From the NCBI GenBank assembly GCA_964252035.1, contig OZ176203.1: a stretch of DNA of 64,000 nucleotides; one strand, given 5' to 3'. The stretch is from Podarcis erhardii (lineage: Eukaryota). The notes beneath the pieces were generated by a model. That model was given only the letters and a program-made list of their open reading frames with translations. It was not told the DNA's origin and did no database searches. Of the stretch, positions 50,221-63,597 are shown in pieces; the stretch's first letter is position 1, and each line of letters starts with the position of its first letter. The position numbers were made by a program, and so were the translations under genes.

Positions 50221-52446
50221 CATTAGGCGCAAGTGATCATGCTCTTCTGAAGTTTACTATACAGCGGAAAGGAGCAGCCAAGCATACTAGGACTCAGTTT
50301 CTTGACTTTAAGAAAGCCGACTTCATAAAACTTAGGGAAGTGCTGGGTGAGATCCCATGGACAGTAATACTAAAAGGAAAGGGAGTTCATGATGGCTGGG
50401 AGTTTGTTAAGAGGGAGATAGTAAAAGCACAACTTCAGGCAATACCAATGAGACGGAAACATGGAAGGTGCCTAAAGAAGCCAGGGTGGCTATCTAAAGA
50501 ACTTTTAACTGAGTTAAGATTAAAAAAGGATGTGTACAAAAAATGGAAAAGGGGGGAAACCACCAAAGAGGAATTCAAACAAATAGCCAGCACGTGTAGA
50601 CACAAAGTCAGAAAAGCTAAAGCACAGAATGAACTCAGGCTTGCTAGAGAGGTTAAAAGCAACAAAAAAGGCTTTTATGGGTATGTTCGTAGCAAAAGGA
50701 AGAACAAATAAACAGTGGGGTCACTCAGAGGAGAAGATGGTGAAATGCAAACAGGGGACACAGAAAGGGCTGAACTCCTCAATGCCTTCTTTGCCTCAGT
50801 CTTCTCCGATAAAGAAAACAATGCCCGACCTGAAGAATTTGGAGCAAATGATTCAGCAGAGGAAACACAGCCCAGAATAACTAAGGAGATAGTACAAGAA
50901 TACTTGGCTAGTTTAGATGTATTCAAGTCTCCAGGGCCAGATGAACTGCATCCAAGAGTATTAAAAGAACTGGCAGGTGTGATCTCAGAACCACTGGCAA
51001 ACCATCTTTGAGAATTCCTGGAGAACAGGCGAAGTCCCGGCAGACTGGAGGAGGGCAAATGTTGTCCCTATTTTCAAAAAGGGGAAAAGAGAGGACCCAA
51101 ATAATTACCGCCCAGTCAGTCTGACATCAATACCAGGGAAGATTCTGGAGCAGATCATTAAGCAAACAGTCTGTGAGCACCTAGAAAGGAATGCTGTGAT
51201 CACCAATAGTCAGCATGGATTTCTGAAAAATAAGTCATGTCAGACTAACCTGATCTTGTTTTTTGACAGAATTACAAGCCTGGTAGATGAAGGGAACGCA
51301 ATGGATGTAGTCTACCTTGATTTCAGCAAGGCATTTGACAAGGTGCCCCATGATATTCTTGTAAAGAAGCTGGTAAAATGCGGACTTGACTATGCTACCA
51401 CTCAGTGGATTTGTAACTGGCTGACTGACCGAACCCAAAGGGTGCTCATCAATGGTTCCTCTTCATCCTGGAGAAGAGTGACTAGTGGGGTGCCACAGGG
51501 TTCTGTCTTGGGCCCAGTCTTATTCAACATCTTTATCAACGACTTGGATGATGGACTCAAGGGCATCCTGATCAAATTGGCAGATGACACCAAACTGGGA
51601 GGGGTGGCTAACACCCCAGAGGACAGGATCACACTTCAAAACAACCTTGACAGATTAGAGAACTGGGCCAAAACAAACAAGATTAATTTTAACAGTGAGA
51701 AATGTAAAGTATTACACTTGGGCAAAAAAAAATGAGAGGCACAAATGAGAGGCACAAATACAAGATGGGTGACACCTGGCTTGAGAGCAGTACATGTGAA
51801 AAGGATCTAGGAGTCTTGGTTGACCACAAACTTGACATGAGCCAGCAGTGTGACGCGGCCGCTAAAAAAGCCAATGCAATTCTGGGCTGCATGAATAGGA
51901 GTATAGCATCTAGATCAAGGGAAGTAATAGTGTGACTGTATTCTGCTCTTGTCAGACCTCACCTGGAGTACTGTGTCCAGTTCTGGGCACCACAGTTCAA
52001 GAAGGACACCAGAGGAGGGCAACCAAAATGGTCAAAGGCCTGGAAACGATGCCTTATGAGGAACGGCTAAGGGAACTGGGCATGTTTAGCCTGGAGAAGA
52101 GGAGGTTAAGGGGTGATATGATAGCCATGTTCAAATATATAAAAGGATGTCACATAGAGGAGGGAGAAAGGTTGTTTTCTGCTGCTCCAGAGAAGCGGAC
52201 ACGGAGCAATGGTTCCAAACTACAAGAAAGAAGATTCCACCTAAACATTAGGAAGAACTTCCTGACAGCAAGAGCTGTTCGACAGTGGAATTTGCTGCCA
52301 AGGAGTGTGGTGGAGTCTCCTTCTTTGGAGGTCTTTAAGCAGAGGCTTGACAACCATATGTCAGGAGTGCTCTGATGGTGTTTCCTGCTTGGCAGGGGGT
52401 TGGACTCGATGGCCCTTGTGGTCTCTTCCAGCTCTATGATTCTATC
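50221..52446 (+). mobile_element. CR1 LINE, about 2.2 kb, 5'-truncated, young but inactivated
   Basis: ORF2 pieces include LGASDHALLKF, KSPGPDELHPRVLKEL, QHGFLKNKSCQTNL, GVPQGSVLGPVLFNIFINDL and LADDTKL. Stop at 50709-11, frameshift near 51000, tandem duplication near 51730-51755, CR1 tail. Confidence 0.97.
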
Positions 52447-53119
52447 GATCAGGGCTGAGTCCAGCATGATGCTAAATGTAGTGAAAGCCAAGTTCAAGCC
52501 TTGTACCCATATTTCCCCTCAAACCCAAACCTTAGCAGGAAAAACCATGAAGGTAGATGGGAAACATCTGAAAACCTGACTTGAGCTCAAATTTGCCCAT
52601 CAAGGCTACCCTTCCACCTGATTTGACCATGCACATCACCTTGTTAAAATATGTAAACTGCATCAAACTAAGTTCACTTTGTAAGTAGTCATTGGTGGGT
52701 GAGCCTCTGGAGTCTAATTTATTGTGTATCAATCTGAATTCTTTGGTGCTATGCCTACAGGTGAACTTCTCAGTGTTGGAACAGGAAGGATGCCAAGTAC
52801 CTAGCCAGCATTAATCATCACCCCTCCGTTCATAAAGTATTCAACCCCTGAGAGAGTGGGGTATTCTTTTCTGCCACTGTGATGGAAGTGCTTGCTTCCA
52901 GACCAAACACTATTTACCTCTTACAGGACTCAGCTTGAGCCTGCCCAAGAAGGCTTCATGGGGCAGATGTTCCTCCTTACCATGCTGGTCTAAATAGTCT
53001 GGAATGGTGGGCAGCATGTCCCAATAAGGGCACCTGTCCTGTCTCCTTATTGGCTGGATTTCCCCTGATGTTTTGCAATGCCTAGTAATTCTCCCTCCCG
53101 CCGCCTCTTTAGGGTAAAG

Positions 53120-53400
53120 AGCACATAAAATGCACATATTTGTGAAAAAATACTTGCAAAATGCAATTTCTCTAAGTGAAAATTGTAATTCCAAATGTAA
53201 TCCCTCATTCCCCAAAAATGTGTACATTAGCCAAAATTGCATAACTTTGTGCTTATTGGGCAAAATTGACACTAAAATATTGCTGAATTTTTGTGACAAT
53301 TTGAGTGTGTGTTTTAAAAAATTGCAAACTGATGTGGAAATGCGGAGAACTAAAGAGTGAAAAAAATGAGAAATTGAGAAATTGACAGATTCACTCATTG
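53120..53400 (+). mobile_element. AT-rich squamate repeat with tgcata/aaaatgt subrepeats
   Basis: Repeated aaaatgcacat/aaaattgcata/tattgggcaaaattg motifs are shared with 37830-37960. Confidence 0.45.
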
Positions 53401-54339
53401 CCAATGCCAAGTGAACCTTGTGTTTCAGTGTACTGTTATACCTGTTTTATCTTAATATTTATGAATTCATAATTATTCCCTAAGACTAGAATAATCAGTG
53501 TGATTTCTTAAAAATCTGTGACATTAACTTTGAAAGCAGCTCTGCTGAAATGATTGTCTGTTCCTCTTTCTTTACAGCCATAAATGTAGTGTGTTAATAA
53601 GCCCAATAGAATATTACAGGGATTCCATGTTACAAAGTGACCAGCAAAAAAAGAAAGAACAAAGAGAGAGAACGACCACTCAAGGACAATTTTACTTAGA
53701 TAAATGAGCTGGCTGTATCCACAGCCAAGAAAACAAATGAGCAGGGAGAGAACAAAGCAAATGAGAGATAGAATAACCCCCACCCCACCCCCACAGGGCA
53801 GATCCAAGTCTGTGATAAAGGAAACAAGTAGTATATTTTAAAAGCAGAACAGTTAGAGAATGCAATACACATTCACAGAAAACAGGAGGGGTTTTTTGCT
53901 ATGAAATAGGAAGGTGTTGGTAGCTCTGAGTTCCCTGCTAAACAGAGAACATATTTTCATCACTTCAACAACAGATGGCCCTTTTCAAAACTGAATGCAA
54001 AATCTTACCTTTGTACATATGCACACGGCACAAGGAAAATGATGCGGCTTTTCTGTTACTACATAAAGCATCATGTACACTGATGGCACATTGCATTTGT
54101 GTGTTTTGAAGGGCGCTGAGCAATAATGAGACTTTTACATGTGATTCAAATGGCTGAAACATTCATGTATTCAAAGCAGTTCATGCACTTCTCTCAGCAA
54201 TCTGCACCTGTTCGGTCAAGATTCTTACCTTTGTATTGAAGATGGGGAGGTGGAGACTGAGGGAATGATGGACTGCTGAATGGGTGTGTATTTCGGGCAA
54301 GGCTGGAACTGTGGATGAGGGTTTTCTCGACTTGGAGCA

Positions 54340-54657
54340 TAACTGCGTAGTTTATTTTTTGGTTGCTATTTTGTTAATGTTGTTAATGTTGTTTTATAGA
54401 TTATAAATGCCGTATTGATTTGTTAATCATATAATATGCCTTTTGTTTTAATAGTGATGTTTAGCTTATTTTTTAGTTGTTGCATTGTTAGTAGTGTTTT
54501 ATAGATTGTAATTGTTACACAGATGATTTGTTAATTATTCTATATGGTTTATGCTGTATTTGTGATGTTCTATTATGTTCTATCATGTTATTTTTAGCCC
54601 ACTTTGGGATTCATTTGAATGAAAAGTGGCATAGAAATATAGTCAATCAATCAATCA
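54340..54657 (+). mobile_element. L2 3' UTR with (TCAA)n tail
   Basis: T-rich UTR ending agcccactttggg..gaaaagtggcatagaaat..tcaatcaatcaatc. Confidence 0.6.
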
Positions 54658-54777
54658 GAGTAAAAATACAGCAACCCTGCTACTCCTACTTAAGACCACA
54701 AAACAGTTTAAGAAAATCACTCTACTACATCAGGTCTGAGTCACTCATCAACACCTACGTTGACACTGAGAAACAGC

Positions 54778-54895
54778 CTGCCATAGTGGTTAGAGTCTTG
54801 GTTTAGACTGGGAGGCTCTGCCTGTAATCACCACTCAGCCTTTAAAGCCACTGGGTGACCGGAGGCCACTCAGCCTTTCTCACCGTCTCCTTGGC
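54778..54895 (+). mobile_element. Decayed tRNA-derived SINE
   Basis: atagtggttagagtcttggtttagactgggag..ccactcagcc..cactgggtgacc resembles the head of the 34642-34790 SINE. Confidence 0.5.
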
Positions 54896-57056
54896 AGAAA
54901 GGCAGAATATACAAATGATGATGATGATGATGATGTCCCTATTATTTCACATCACCTCAGTTTTCCCCACTTTGGAGTCCATTCACACATGCAGCTTATC
55001 TAATGATGAGAAGACGCCTCAATATACACATGGATGTTTGGACCAGCCTGATGTCAGTGCTTCTTTTGCTGCATTGTGCTTGCTGGACAGTGTGATATGC
55101 AGGAAATATTCTAATCTATTTCTAATGCTCAGAGTTGTTCTCACAGCATAGTTTCCCATTGTGAAGGAGCAGGAGAATTTGGGGACGTTCACCCAAAGCT
55201 CCAGTGTCACATGACTGCTGTTTGTTTGTTCATAGACTGAGAGATCAGTGACTTTCAGCCTCCATTTCCACAGTGAAAAGAAAACAGCAAGTCATTGGGC
55301 AGCAGTGCTTCTGCTATGTGCCTACCTCATTTCCTGAGGTGAGGGAGGAGCAGAGTTTTGTCTCTTGCAAGCCATTCATCTTGTCTGCCTCATCTCCTTG
55401 GCTAAAATATATTTCTCTGATTTCTTGCTGTGTTTTAACCAAGGGGGGCAATTCTTTCTGTCCAGCATGCTGTCCTCCACATACAGTGAACCATCAGCCA
55501 CATCAGTCATTTTAGGACCAAATATTCAGGGTAAAACAATTCCCCGCTCTGCACAATAGGCAAGGAAAGAGGGCTGACATGACAGAAAACATTTGCCATG
55601 CTTATCGTGGTGACCTTGTAGTAATTTTCCAGCAGTTACTGCAATTATCCACTTTCTTTCACCATGTGAAATCTTTGCTACCCATGCATGGTGGGTCTAA
55701 AGTGCACTTTTCCAACTTGAGTTTTTGGCAGCTTGGAAATCTGAAAGGCAGGGGAGCACAGGATTTGGGACAGAGAAAGCTAATCAAATAATTGTTTTTG
55801 CCCATCCAACACCCTTTATTATAGGCCTTCAATGAATAGTAGAGACTGACACCATCTGCACATTTCACGGCTAATCTTGGGGTTGACATATACCTGAGCA
55901 GGAGAAAGTACTCCAAAGAAAAATGCTGGCATCCATGTCAACACTAGAGTTGAGATTTTGTCTAAAAAGTGGAATTCAAAGTGAATTGGGTGTGCGTGCT
56001 CATCAGGCACAGCATTTGAAGGATTTTGAGATATGCTGAAAGAGGTTCAAAAACATTTCTTCAGGGGGTTATGTAAATCTCTAATTGGCACCCTTGTAAA
56101 GAGCTTATTGGAATTCCATAGCATGGAATTACAAGGAGACTTATGTGGAAGAGGGTAGGTAATGTATGGCAGGCAAGGGGACTTGTTCTGGAAAACTAAA
56201 ACTCAAAAATCCACATTTCTAACTACAGCCTTTTAGGGATTCAAAAACTGCAGGTGTTCATTGCATCAAAGAACCCCAGCTGGACGCTGAAAACCTCTGC
56301 GCAATTTTACTAAATTGTGCAATTGCCCTTTTCTTCTGCCCTATGTTCTGTGACAATGTTAAAAATATTCTGTTTTTTGAGGAAGTTTAATTCATATGCA
56401 CATCCCCCCCCTAAATGCCTCCCACTTACAGGAGGCTTTTTAAAGATATATTTTCTTTTATTCCTTTGCACTAACAAAGGCTAAAGTTGTATTTTCTCAA
56501 TAATCGTTAGCAACAACCTGCAAGAGAATCAAATATTCTTATTACAGATAGGGGTGAGTTGCAGCAGCAGCAGCGGGGTGGGTGGGTGCTAAGGAGCAAG
56601 AGCCAAACATCTTCCAACATAGTAAAACATCTTTGAAGCCTCGCCTTCACCTTAACCCCTTGTTCTTTAAGTGTGTGTGTGTGTGTGTGCTGGTGAGGGA
56701 GAGCATTCCCATGTACTGAGTAATCAGGATGCTGCAGCACATTTGGCCCGATAGGACTATAGAACGATAGTGCTGAGCAAGGGCGATTAAATAAGCTAAC
56801 TTTTTCACAAGGAGTGCAAAATCATCGTCATCATGCCTAAGTTTAGGGAGCTGCTTCATACCAGATCATTTTGTTCATCTATTCCAGTATTTTCTACACT
56901 GAACAGCACCAGCTCTTCTTTTCCCCATCCATCACCTTTTCCCTTTCCTCAGAGTTGATCTGGTGATCTTCTGCACACCAAGTAAGTGCTCCAGCACTGA
57001 GCTATGATCCATCATAGAAAAGGATCGTCCCCCCACCTTTGCAGTATGAGTTCAAA

Positions 57057-57214
57057 ATCTGGTGGCACAATGGGTTGGTGCATCTGGCTGTTAACCAGAA
57101 GGTTGGTGGTTCAAGTCCACCCAGGGGTGGTTGTGGGCAGGATTCCTGCATCGCTGGGGCTGGACTAGATGACCCTTGGGGTTCTTTCCAGCTCTTAAAT
57201 TCTATGATATTATG
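57057..57214 (+). mobile_element. SINE with tRNA-Asn(GTT)-derived head and CR1 3' tail
   Basis: Head TGGCACAATGGGTTGGTGCATCTGGCTGTTAACCAGAAGGTTGGTGGTTCAAGTCCACCCAGG. Tail attcctgcat..ggactagatgaccc..ttctatgat. Confidence 0.82.
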
Positions 57215-57328
57215 CAACCTGAGAAGACCTTGGGGGGCACATGCGGAAATCTTACCTGTACAACAGCATCCCACCTTTCACTCAAGTGAGTGCCTAAATT
57301 TTTATTGGCCCACAGTCCATTTCTTGCG

Positions 57329-57329
<1 letters not shown>

Positions 57330-57360
<31 letters not shown>
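57330..57360. repeat. (CA)n microsatellite
   Basis: Directly visible. Confidence 0.95.
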
Positions 57361-57361
<1 letters not shown>

Positions 57362-58435
57362 CTGAAGGCTTTTTACAAATGCTGAGAATAGTATTATAGA
57401 CTAACCTTTCAAATGCATCCAACCATCTAATGGTCTGGATAAAGCTTATTATTGGGTGCTTATATCAAAGTGACAAGCAATCAAATTGCAGAGGCAGTAA
57501 TGCTGTCAGCCTTAAACCCGAATGAGACGATTGGGCAAAGTCACTGCTCTCTTAGATAAATAGAGTCATTTTCCCTCCCCCATTGCATACTCAGGTGCAA
57601 TACTTAAACTACATGCTCTGGAGGAGCCCCATTGGACCCAGAGGAACTACTGGGGGTTATGTGTTTTGAGGATTAGAGCTTCAGAAATGGAACGCTCTAT
57701 CAGCTCACATTCAGAAGGGAATTGCACAATCTAAAGTGCAAGAAAACCTCTTTGATGTGCTCAAGGTTTGTTGGTAAGACATTACCTACCTGAAGCGACT
57801 AAAATATTTGCATTGTTAATGAACCTGGTTAGTCTATAAGATCAGTTTTATAAGCTACTTTAAATGAGTGATTTTCCTATACACACACACACACTTTTTC
57901 ACTTAATTTTCTTTTGAGAGGAAACTTGTGGGGTTTGACAGATTGAATTCGGTTTCACCAGAGGCATGCCCATGTCCCACTTCTGCCATCAGTATTGCAT
58001 TGCTTTGGGTTTTGGAATGTTCTATAAACATTTTAAATTTACCTTATGGGGACATTCCCTGTAAACATCCTAAACCTGCGTATGAAATAGCCAAAGCCCA
58101 GAAAATGAAGGCAGAAGGTTTGGTGGAAATTTAGGCTCTAGCAGCTGTTCAGCCATGCAAACTTCAGTGTGTGGAGGAGGCAAGGCTAAGGAGGATGGTT
58201 CCCATAGAAAAGTACAAGCTGGGAAGAAAAGATGGAACAAAATTGTGCCTCAGGGACATATGGTTAAACACGGGGCTTCCTGAGACCAAGGGGGGTGATA
58301 TTGAATACAAGGCTGGATGCAGTAGACACTCTGTGGCAACAGGCCCAGATAGTGAGTCACAGCAGGTGCAAAAATAGCTATCCCATCTCAGACTGATCAA
58401 GCTGTATTGAGGTATCCTCAGCTAATCAAAACAAG

Positions 58436-58580
58436 ATAATAGAATTGTAGAGTTGGAAGGGACTCCAAGGGTCATCTAGTCCAACCCCCTGCAATGCAGG
58501 GAACTCAGCTAAAGCAGCCATGACAGGTGAACTTCCAACATGTGCTTAAAAACCTCCAGGGAAGGAGATGCCTGGACCTC
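58436..58580 (-). mobile_element. CR1 3' end
   Basis: gataatagaattgtagagttggaagggactccaagggtcatctagtccaaccccctgcaatgcagg. Confidence 0.85.
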
Positions 58581-58650
58581 CCACTTGAGAACGGCCTGTT
58601 GACTAAATTACCTGCAGGCAGCATTAGGTGGAAGGATGATTATGTTCCAG

Positions 58651-59025
58651 TTAAAGGTAAAGGTACCCCTGCCCGTACGGGCCAGTCGTTTCTGACACTA
58701 GGGTTGTGCGCCCATCTCACTCTAGAGGCCGGGGGCCAGCGCTCTCCGCAGACACTTCCGGGTCACGTGGCCAGCGTGACGAAGCTGCTCTGGTGAACCA
58801 GCGCAGCACATGGAAACGGCGTTTACCTTCCCACCAGTAAGCGGTCCCTATTTATCTACTTGCACCCGGGGGTGCTTTCGAACTGCTAGGTTGGCAGGCG
58901 CTGGGACCGAGCAGCGGGAGCGCACCCCGCCGCAGGGATTCGAACCACCGACCTTTCGATCGGCAAGTCCTAGGCGCTGAGGCTTTACCCACAGCGCCAC
59001 CCACATCCCAGCGTCACCTGCATCC
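58651..59025 (-). mobile_element. Sauria SINE, CpG-rich (young), with duplicated 5' head
   Basis: (AAAGGT)n tail at 58651-64, full core, head ending 59009, extra head copy at 59010-59025. Flanking repeat tccagtta. Confidence 0.95.
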
Positions 59026-59064
59026 AGTTAGCCTCGGCTAATTAGTAACTGAGGAGAGGCATAT

Positions 59065-59600
59065 GCTTTATTTATTTAACTTTTAAAACTGCTTCTCACT
59101 CAAGGAACTTACATTGGGGAAAAAATATTCATAAATATATTATGCCATATAAAAAACTGGGATCATATAACACATTAATATTCCATACAACAATGCTGGG
59201 AAAACAAAAATTAACTGTGATTAAAAAACATCAAACAAACAGTAAACGAAACAATACTCCCACCCACAATAAATGAATAAAAGCGCAACATTGACATCCA
59301 CCCTAGCCCCCAAAACCATGCACATCAACCCAGTGGTGTTTTTTAAAAGAAGAATTTTCCCCACTCCAGTCTGAAGTGTGGTGTCCAGGCCAGCTGCTGT
59401 CCATCAGTGGTCTATGAGTCCTCCAGGGCTGGTCCAGCATATCTCTTTTCCTCAGAAGCAGAGCAGGCGCCTCCACCTCTTCTGCCACTGAGGGTGGGTT
59501 GTGATTTAGATCTGCCAAATGGTGCAGGTACATAATTATGTCTTGGTAGGATCCATAACCTGTGCTGCTCTAAATGCCACACATACTGTGCAACCAGCTT
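59065..59600 (-). mobile_element. Old L2 3' fragment
   Basis: Minus-strand (TAAA)n tail, A-rich UTR and degenerate ORF end. Confidence 0.45.
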
Positions 59601-61133
59601 AAGCCTTGGTTGTGTTTTTGAAGAATCCTGCACTCACACTGCATTCACTTGTCGAACAAAGCTAAAGATGTCAAGTAGTTGCAGGTCGTGTGCAGACTGC
59701 TGGCTGAACATTCCAGAAGCAGCATCTGATAAGGTCATAGAGGAAGCTTGGGGCTTCTTGCTTGTTCAAATCATCTGAGAACTTTTAAGAGAAGCAAAAA
59801 AACAGAAAACAAAAGAACCCCACAACCCTCTGATAAAATTAATGACATTTCTTGAAAGCTGAATAAAACTGGGGAAATGTGTTGCTCATTGTAGTGTAAT
59901 AGCACCACCAAATTTTATTTTCATAACTTAAAGTACCTCTTCAACTCTGCAAATAGAAAATGACTCTAAAATTCATACTGTCATAGAAAAAAGTTGTTTA
60001 ACAGTACATATCTGGCAAAGTTTTGGCATTGTGTTGCATTTTCCAGCATTTCATCAGCTCCACATTATGTAATTGGATGGACAGTTTCCCTACCTGTCCT
60101 GTCTGTCAAATGATTCCACTTCTGATTCTTGATTTGGATGGGAATTAGAAATGAATAATGGATGTTCTGCTGTTTATTGACTGCCCCCGGTGTCTACTCA
60201 TGTGCTCACTTCAGTTTCCCCACATTGATCCTTCTACTTTCGCTGCACCACATTTCCACTGAATGTCACAAATGTACAAAGTTTAACAGGGAAAGATAAT
60301 TGCAGAGTACATTTCATAATGGCTCTTTCCTTCACCTTTCATTGGTTCCTAAGGATAAAGCTATTGAGAACTGTTAATGCCGTATTAAAATTGAAATCCT
60401 TCATTAACCCAGTGCCATTATTTTGAAAGGGTGAGGTAGGTCACCTAGATGGGCTCTTTTCTCCCTGAGGGGTAAAAGAGACAGTGTCCTCATATCCTTT
60501 TCCCCACTGGTGTGAAACCACAGGTTTGGAGCAGGCAAATGGCTGGTAAGAAAAAAGTTAAATAGTCAAATATCTCCCTTTCTCTGCTCAACCTGAGGCC
60601 ACCTGCAGCTGCTTTGCATGGAAAAGAAAAGTCATTGTAAGGAAAGAAAAGAGCCTTGGAACTACAGATGATGTAGTTTGGCTCCTACTGTTCAGATTAA
60701 TGCCAATATTGACTACATCCAGGAATATAAAGATAATATATCTGCAGGACTCATCATCTTATGGCGTATCAGGACTTATCAGAATGGTGTCAATGTTCAC
60801 TTGGTAGAGAGTACACACTCTTTCCATCTACCATATATTAATATTACTTATTGTCAGTGATTTTTTTAAAAAAGAAAAACACGTCTTGGTACTCCCCATG
60901 AAGCTGTTACAGTAAGTGCCACACTTTTGACATGGGGGTGGGGTGGGGGGATGCCGGTACTGATCATCTATTCCATTTATATCCCAAAATAATGCTACTT
61001 GTGATGTGAACATTTTGAACTGGCCCACATGTCTGATTTCAGTGAGGGGTCCTTGTATATAGGCTCTGCATGGATCATCCATATCCCATCTTAATTTATG
61101 TGCATGGTGGAGAGGAGTGACCTGTGTCCACTT

Positions 61134-62150
61134 AGAATAATAGAATTGTAGAGTTGGAAGGGTCCCCTAGGGTCATCTAGTCCAACCCCCTGTAATGTAG
61201 AAATCTCAACTAAGGCATCCATGACAGATGACCATCCAACCTCTGCTTAAAAACTTCCCATGAAGGAGAGTCCACCACCTTCTGAGGTAGTGTGTTCACT
61301 GTTGAACAGCTGTTACAGTCAGAAGATTCTTCCAAATGGTTAGTCAGAATGGCCTTTCTTGTAATTTGAATCCATTGGTTCAGGCCCCACCCTCTGGAGT
61401 AGCAGAAAACAAGCTTGCTCCAATTACATGTGACAGCTCCTCAGATATTTGAAGGTGGCTATCACATCTCCTCTCTGTCTTCTCTTCTCCAAGCCAGGCA
61501 TACTCAACTCCTTCCACCATTCCTCATAAGACTTTTCTTCTGGACTGTTTAACCCCTTGCTTACCCTCCTCTGCATACCTGCTAGCTTGTCAAGATCCAT
61601 CTTAAATTGTGGTGCCCAGAACTGGACACAGGACTCCAAGTGGGGTCTGACTAAGGTACAATACAGTGGTCATAGTACTTCCCTTGGTCTGGACACTATG
61701 CTTTGGTTGATTCAGCCTAGAATTGCATCAGCTTCCCTTGCTGTAACACCACATTGTTGACTCACGTTAAGTATGTAGTCTACTAAGATCCCTAGCTCCT
61801 TTTCACATGTAGTGGTGTCAAACAATGGGTCCCTACTTTCTAAATTTTGTGAATCTGGTTATTCCTACTGAAGTGTAGAACCTACATTTGTCCCTGTTAA
61901 AATTCATTTTGTTAGGTTCTGGCCAAGTTTCCCAAATTCTTAGGTCATCTTGAATCCTGATTCTGTCTTCTGAGGTATTAGCTGCCCCTCCCAGTTTGGT
62001 GTCATCTGCAAATTTGATGAGCATCCCCTCTATTCTTTCATCCAAGTAATTTCTAAAGATGTTGAACAACCATGGGTGCAGGACAGAATGAACCCCATTT
62101 GTCACCGCATTGACAAGGGCCCACTGGTGAACGCTCTTGGTTTCAACCAG
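61134..62150 (-). mobile_element. CR1 LINE, about 1 kb, decayed
   Basis: LFNIFRNYLDERIEGMLIKFADDTKLGG and [12 protein letters not shown] frames, with CR1 tail at 61134-61200. Confidence 0.92.
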
Positions 62151-62479
62151 AGTCAACCAGCTTCTCCACTATGGTCATTGTCAGAATTAGACCTGACCTG
62201 AAATGGTTGGCCAAGTGGGGCAAAGTCACTACACTGGCTCCTGCAAGTGAACCTCGGTTGTCCATGGTGAGTTTCCAGCTCAGCCCCTCCCATTTTGAGG
62301 GGCTGGCCCCTGCTGGGCCTCCTCGTGGCAGTGGAGAGCTCCTGCTGTCCACTCCTGTCACTCTTACCGGGGTAACCCCATGGAATCCCCCGAACAATAG
62401 GGGGGATTACACCACAGTTCAGGGTGCAGGGGGGGGGGAGCCACAGAGAAGGAGCTATGGCTCAATTCCCAGTATCTCT

Positions 62480-62560
62480 GGTAGGCCTGGGAGAAAGTCT
62501 GCCTTGAAACCCCCGAGAGGCTGGTCTGGCTCAGCGAAAGGCCTCTTCCTATGTTCCTCG
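62480..62560 (+). mobile_element. 3' UTR fragment of an older CR1-type family
   Basis: ggcctgggagaaagtctgccttgaaacccccgagagg..ggctcagcgaaaggcctcttcctatgttcct. Confidence 0.45.
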
Positions 62561-63597
62561 CTGTCCAGACCACATGTGATTTTTCTTTAGGGGAATCTGA
62601 TACATTTATTTGCTGCAGGATATATAGAGAACCACCACAAGTGCTGTTGAAATATTTTGTTTTTGTAACTTCGTACTGGAGGACTAGACTCTAGAACCAT
62701 TCTGTGAACTCCTCTCCTTCCCCGCCACAACCCCCCCCCTCAAAACAGTGCCCTAGATTGACCTGTCCCTCTTTGCTCGTATTTCTTAAATATCTGGGTA
62801 TACACGTCATATGCCCACACAGAGAGATCTTTTCTCTGAGGTTGCCCTGGCCAAAAAAGATGATTATTTTGTGTGCAGCTTCATTCCAAAGGAAAGCTTT
62901 CTTGCTCTCTTTAGCCTGGAGTATAACTGGCTCCCCATTCAGGCTTGAGGAATTAAAAGCTGTGCTTGAAACGCAGCACCTTTCGCACAAGCTGCTTTGG
63001 GAGCCAGTAAACCAATTTTGCCCGCCCTGATTGGTCTCTCGAGGAGCACAGCATGGCTGCAGCCATTTATGGATGCCAAAACTGTCATGACAAAAGCAAT
63101 TAATATGGTAACGAGAGAGTTTAGAATCCAAAACACTGTGTCCCGAGGGGCTTGTCTCATAAGCTGTGGAAAACATTAGGAACAGTAACAATCTGCATTT
63201 TGTCTTCCAAACACAGATTTCTTCAAACCCTTATGATTATTTGTCTTTGGCATATGCAGATGCTTTGCAAAGGCAAAAGCATATGAAATTCAGGGAAGCT
63301 TTGATTTCAAGGAAGGAAACGGAACCTTCTTTGAAACTTGGGAAATGACAGACTTGACACCCAAACCATTGGGAATAGACTGAAGGGGAAAGCTATTAAT
63401 TCTAGCACGTTTCTTTAAGTGGCCATCAATTTTCTGGTATCCCCAACTACAATTTGTCATTTTTAGAAATATTTGTATTGTGGGAGATTGAATGCAGGAA
63501 ACTGACTTCCACTGATTTCGGCCACTAGTCCGTCTCTAGGGCAGTCTCTTCTGATGGGCAGTGACAGTCCAGAATCTCTGGGAGATTACTTGAGTAA

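Noticed and set aside
50221-52446. Active CR1 source element
   Set aside because: It is 5'-truncated and has a nonsense codon, frameshifts and an F-to-L change in FADD.
54003-54235. Two minus-strand donor-like sites acaaag|gtaaga (tcttacctttgta repeated)
   Set aside because: No convincing upstream acceptor or coding frame for either site.
57057-57128. tRNA-Asn gene
   Set aside because: The acceptor stem is broken and it is fused to a CR1 tail with no oligo-T terminator, so it is a SINE head.
62691-63191. 166-aa minus-strand ORF
   Set aside because: Non-ATG start, no recognisable domain, and no splice structure.
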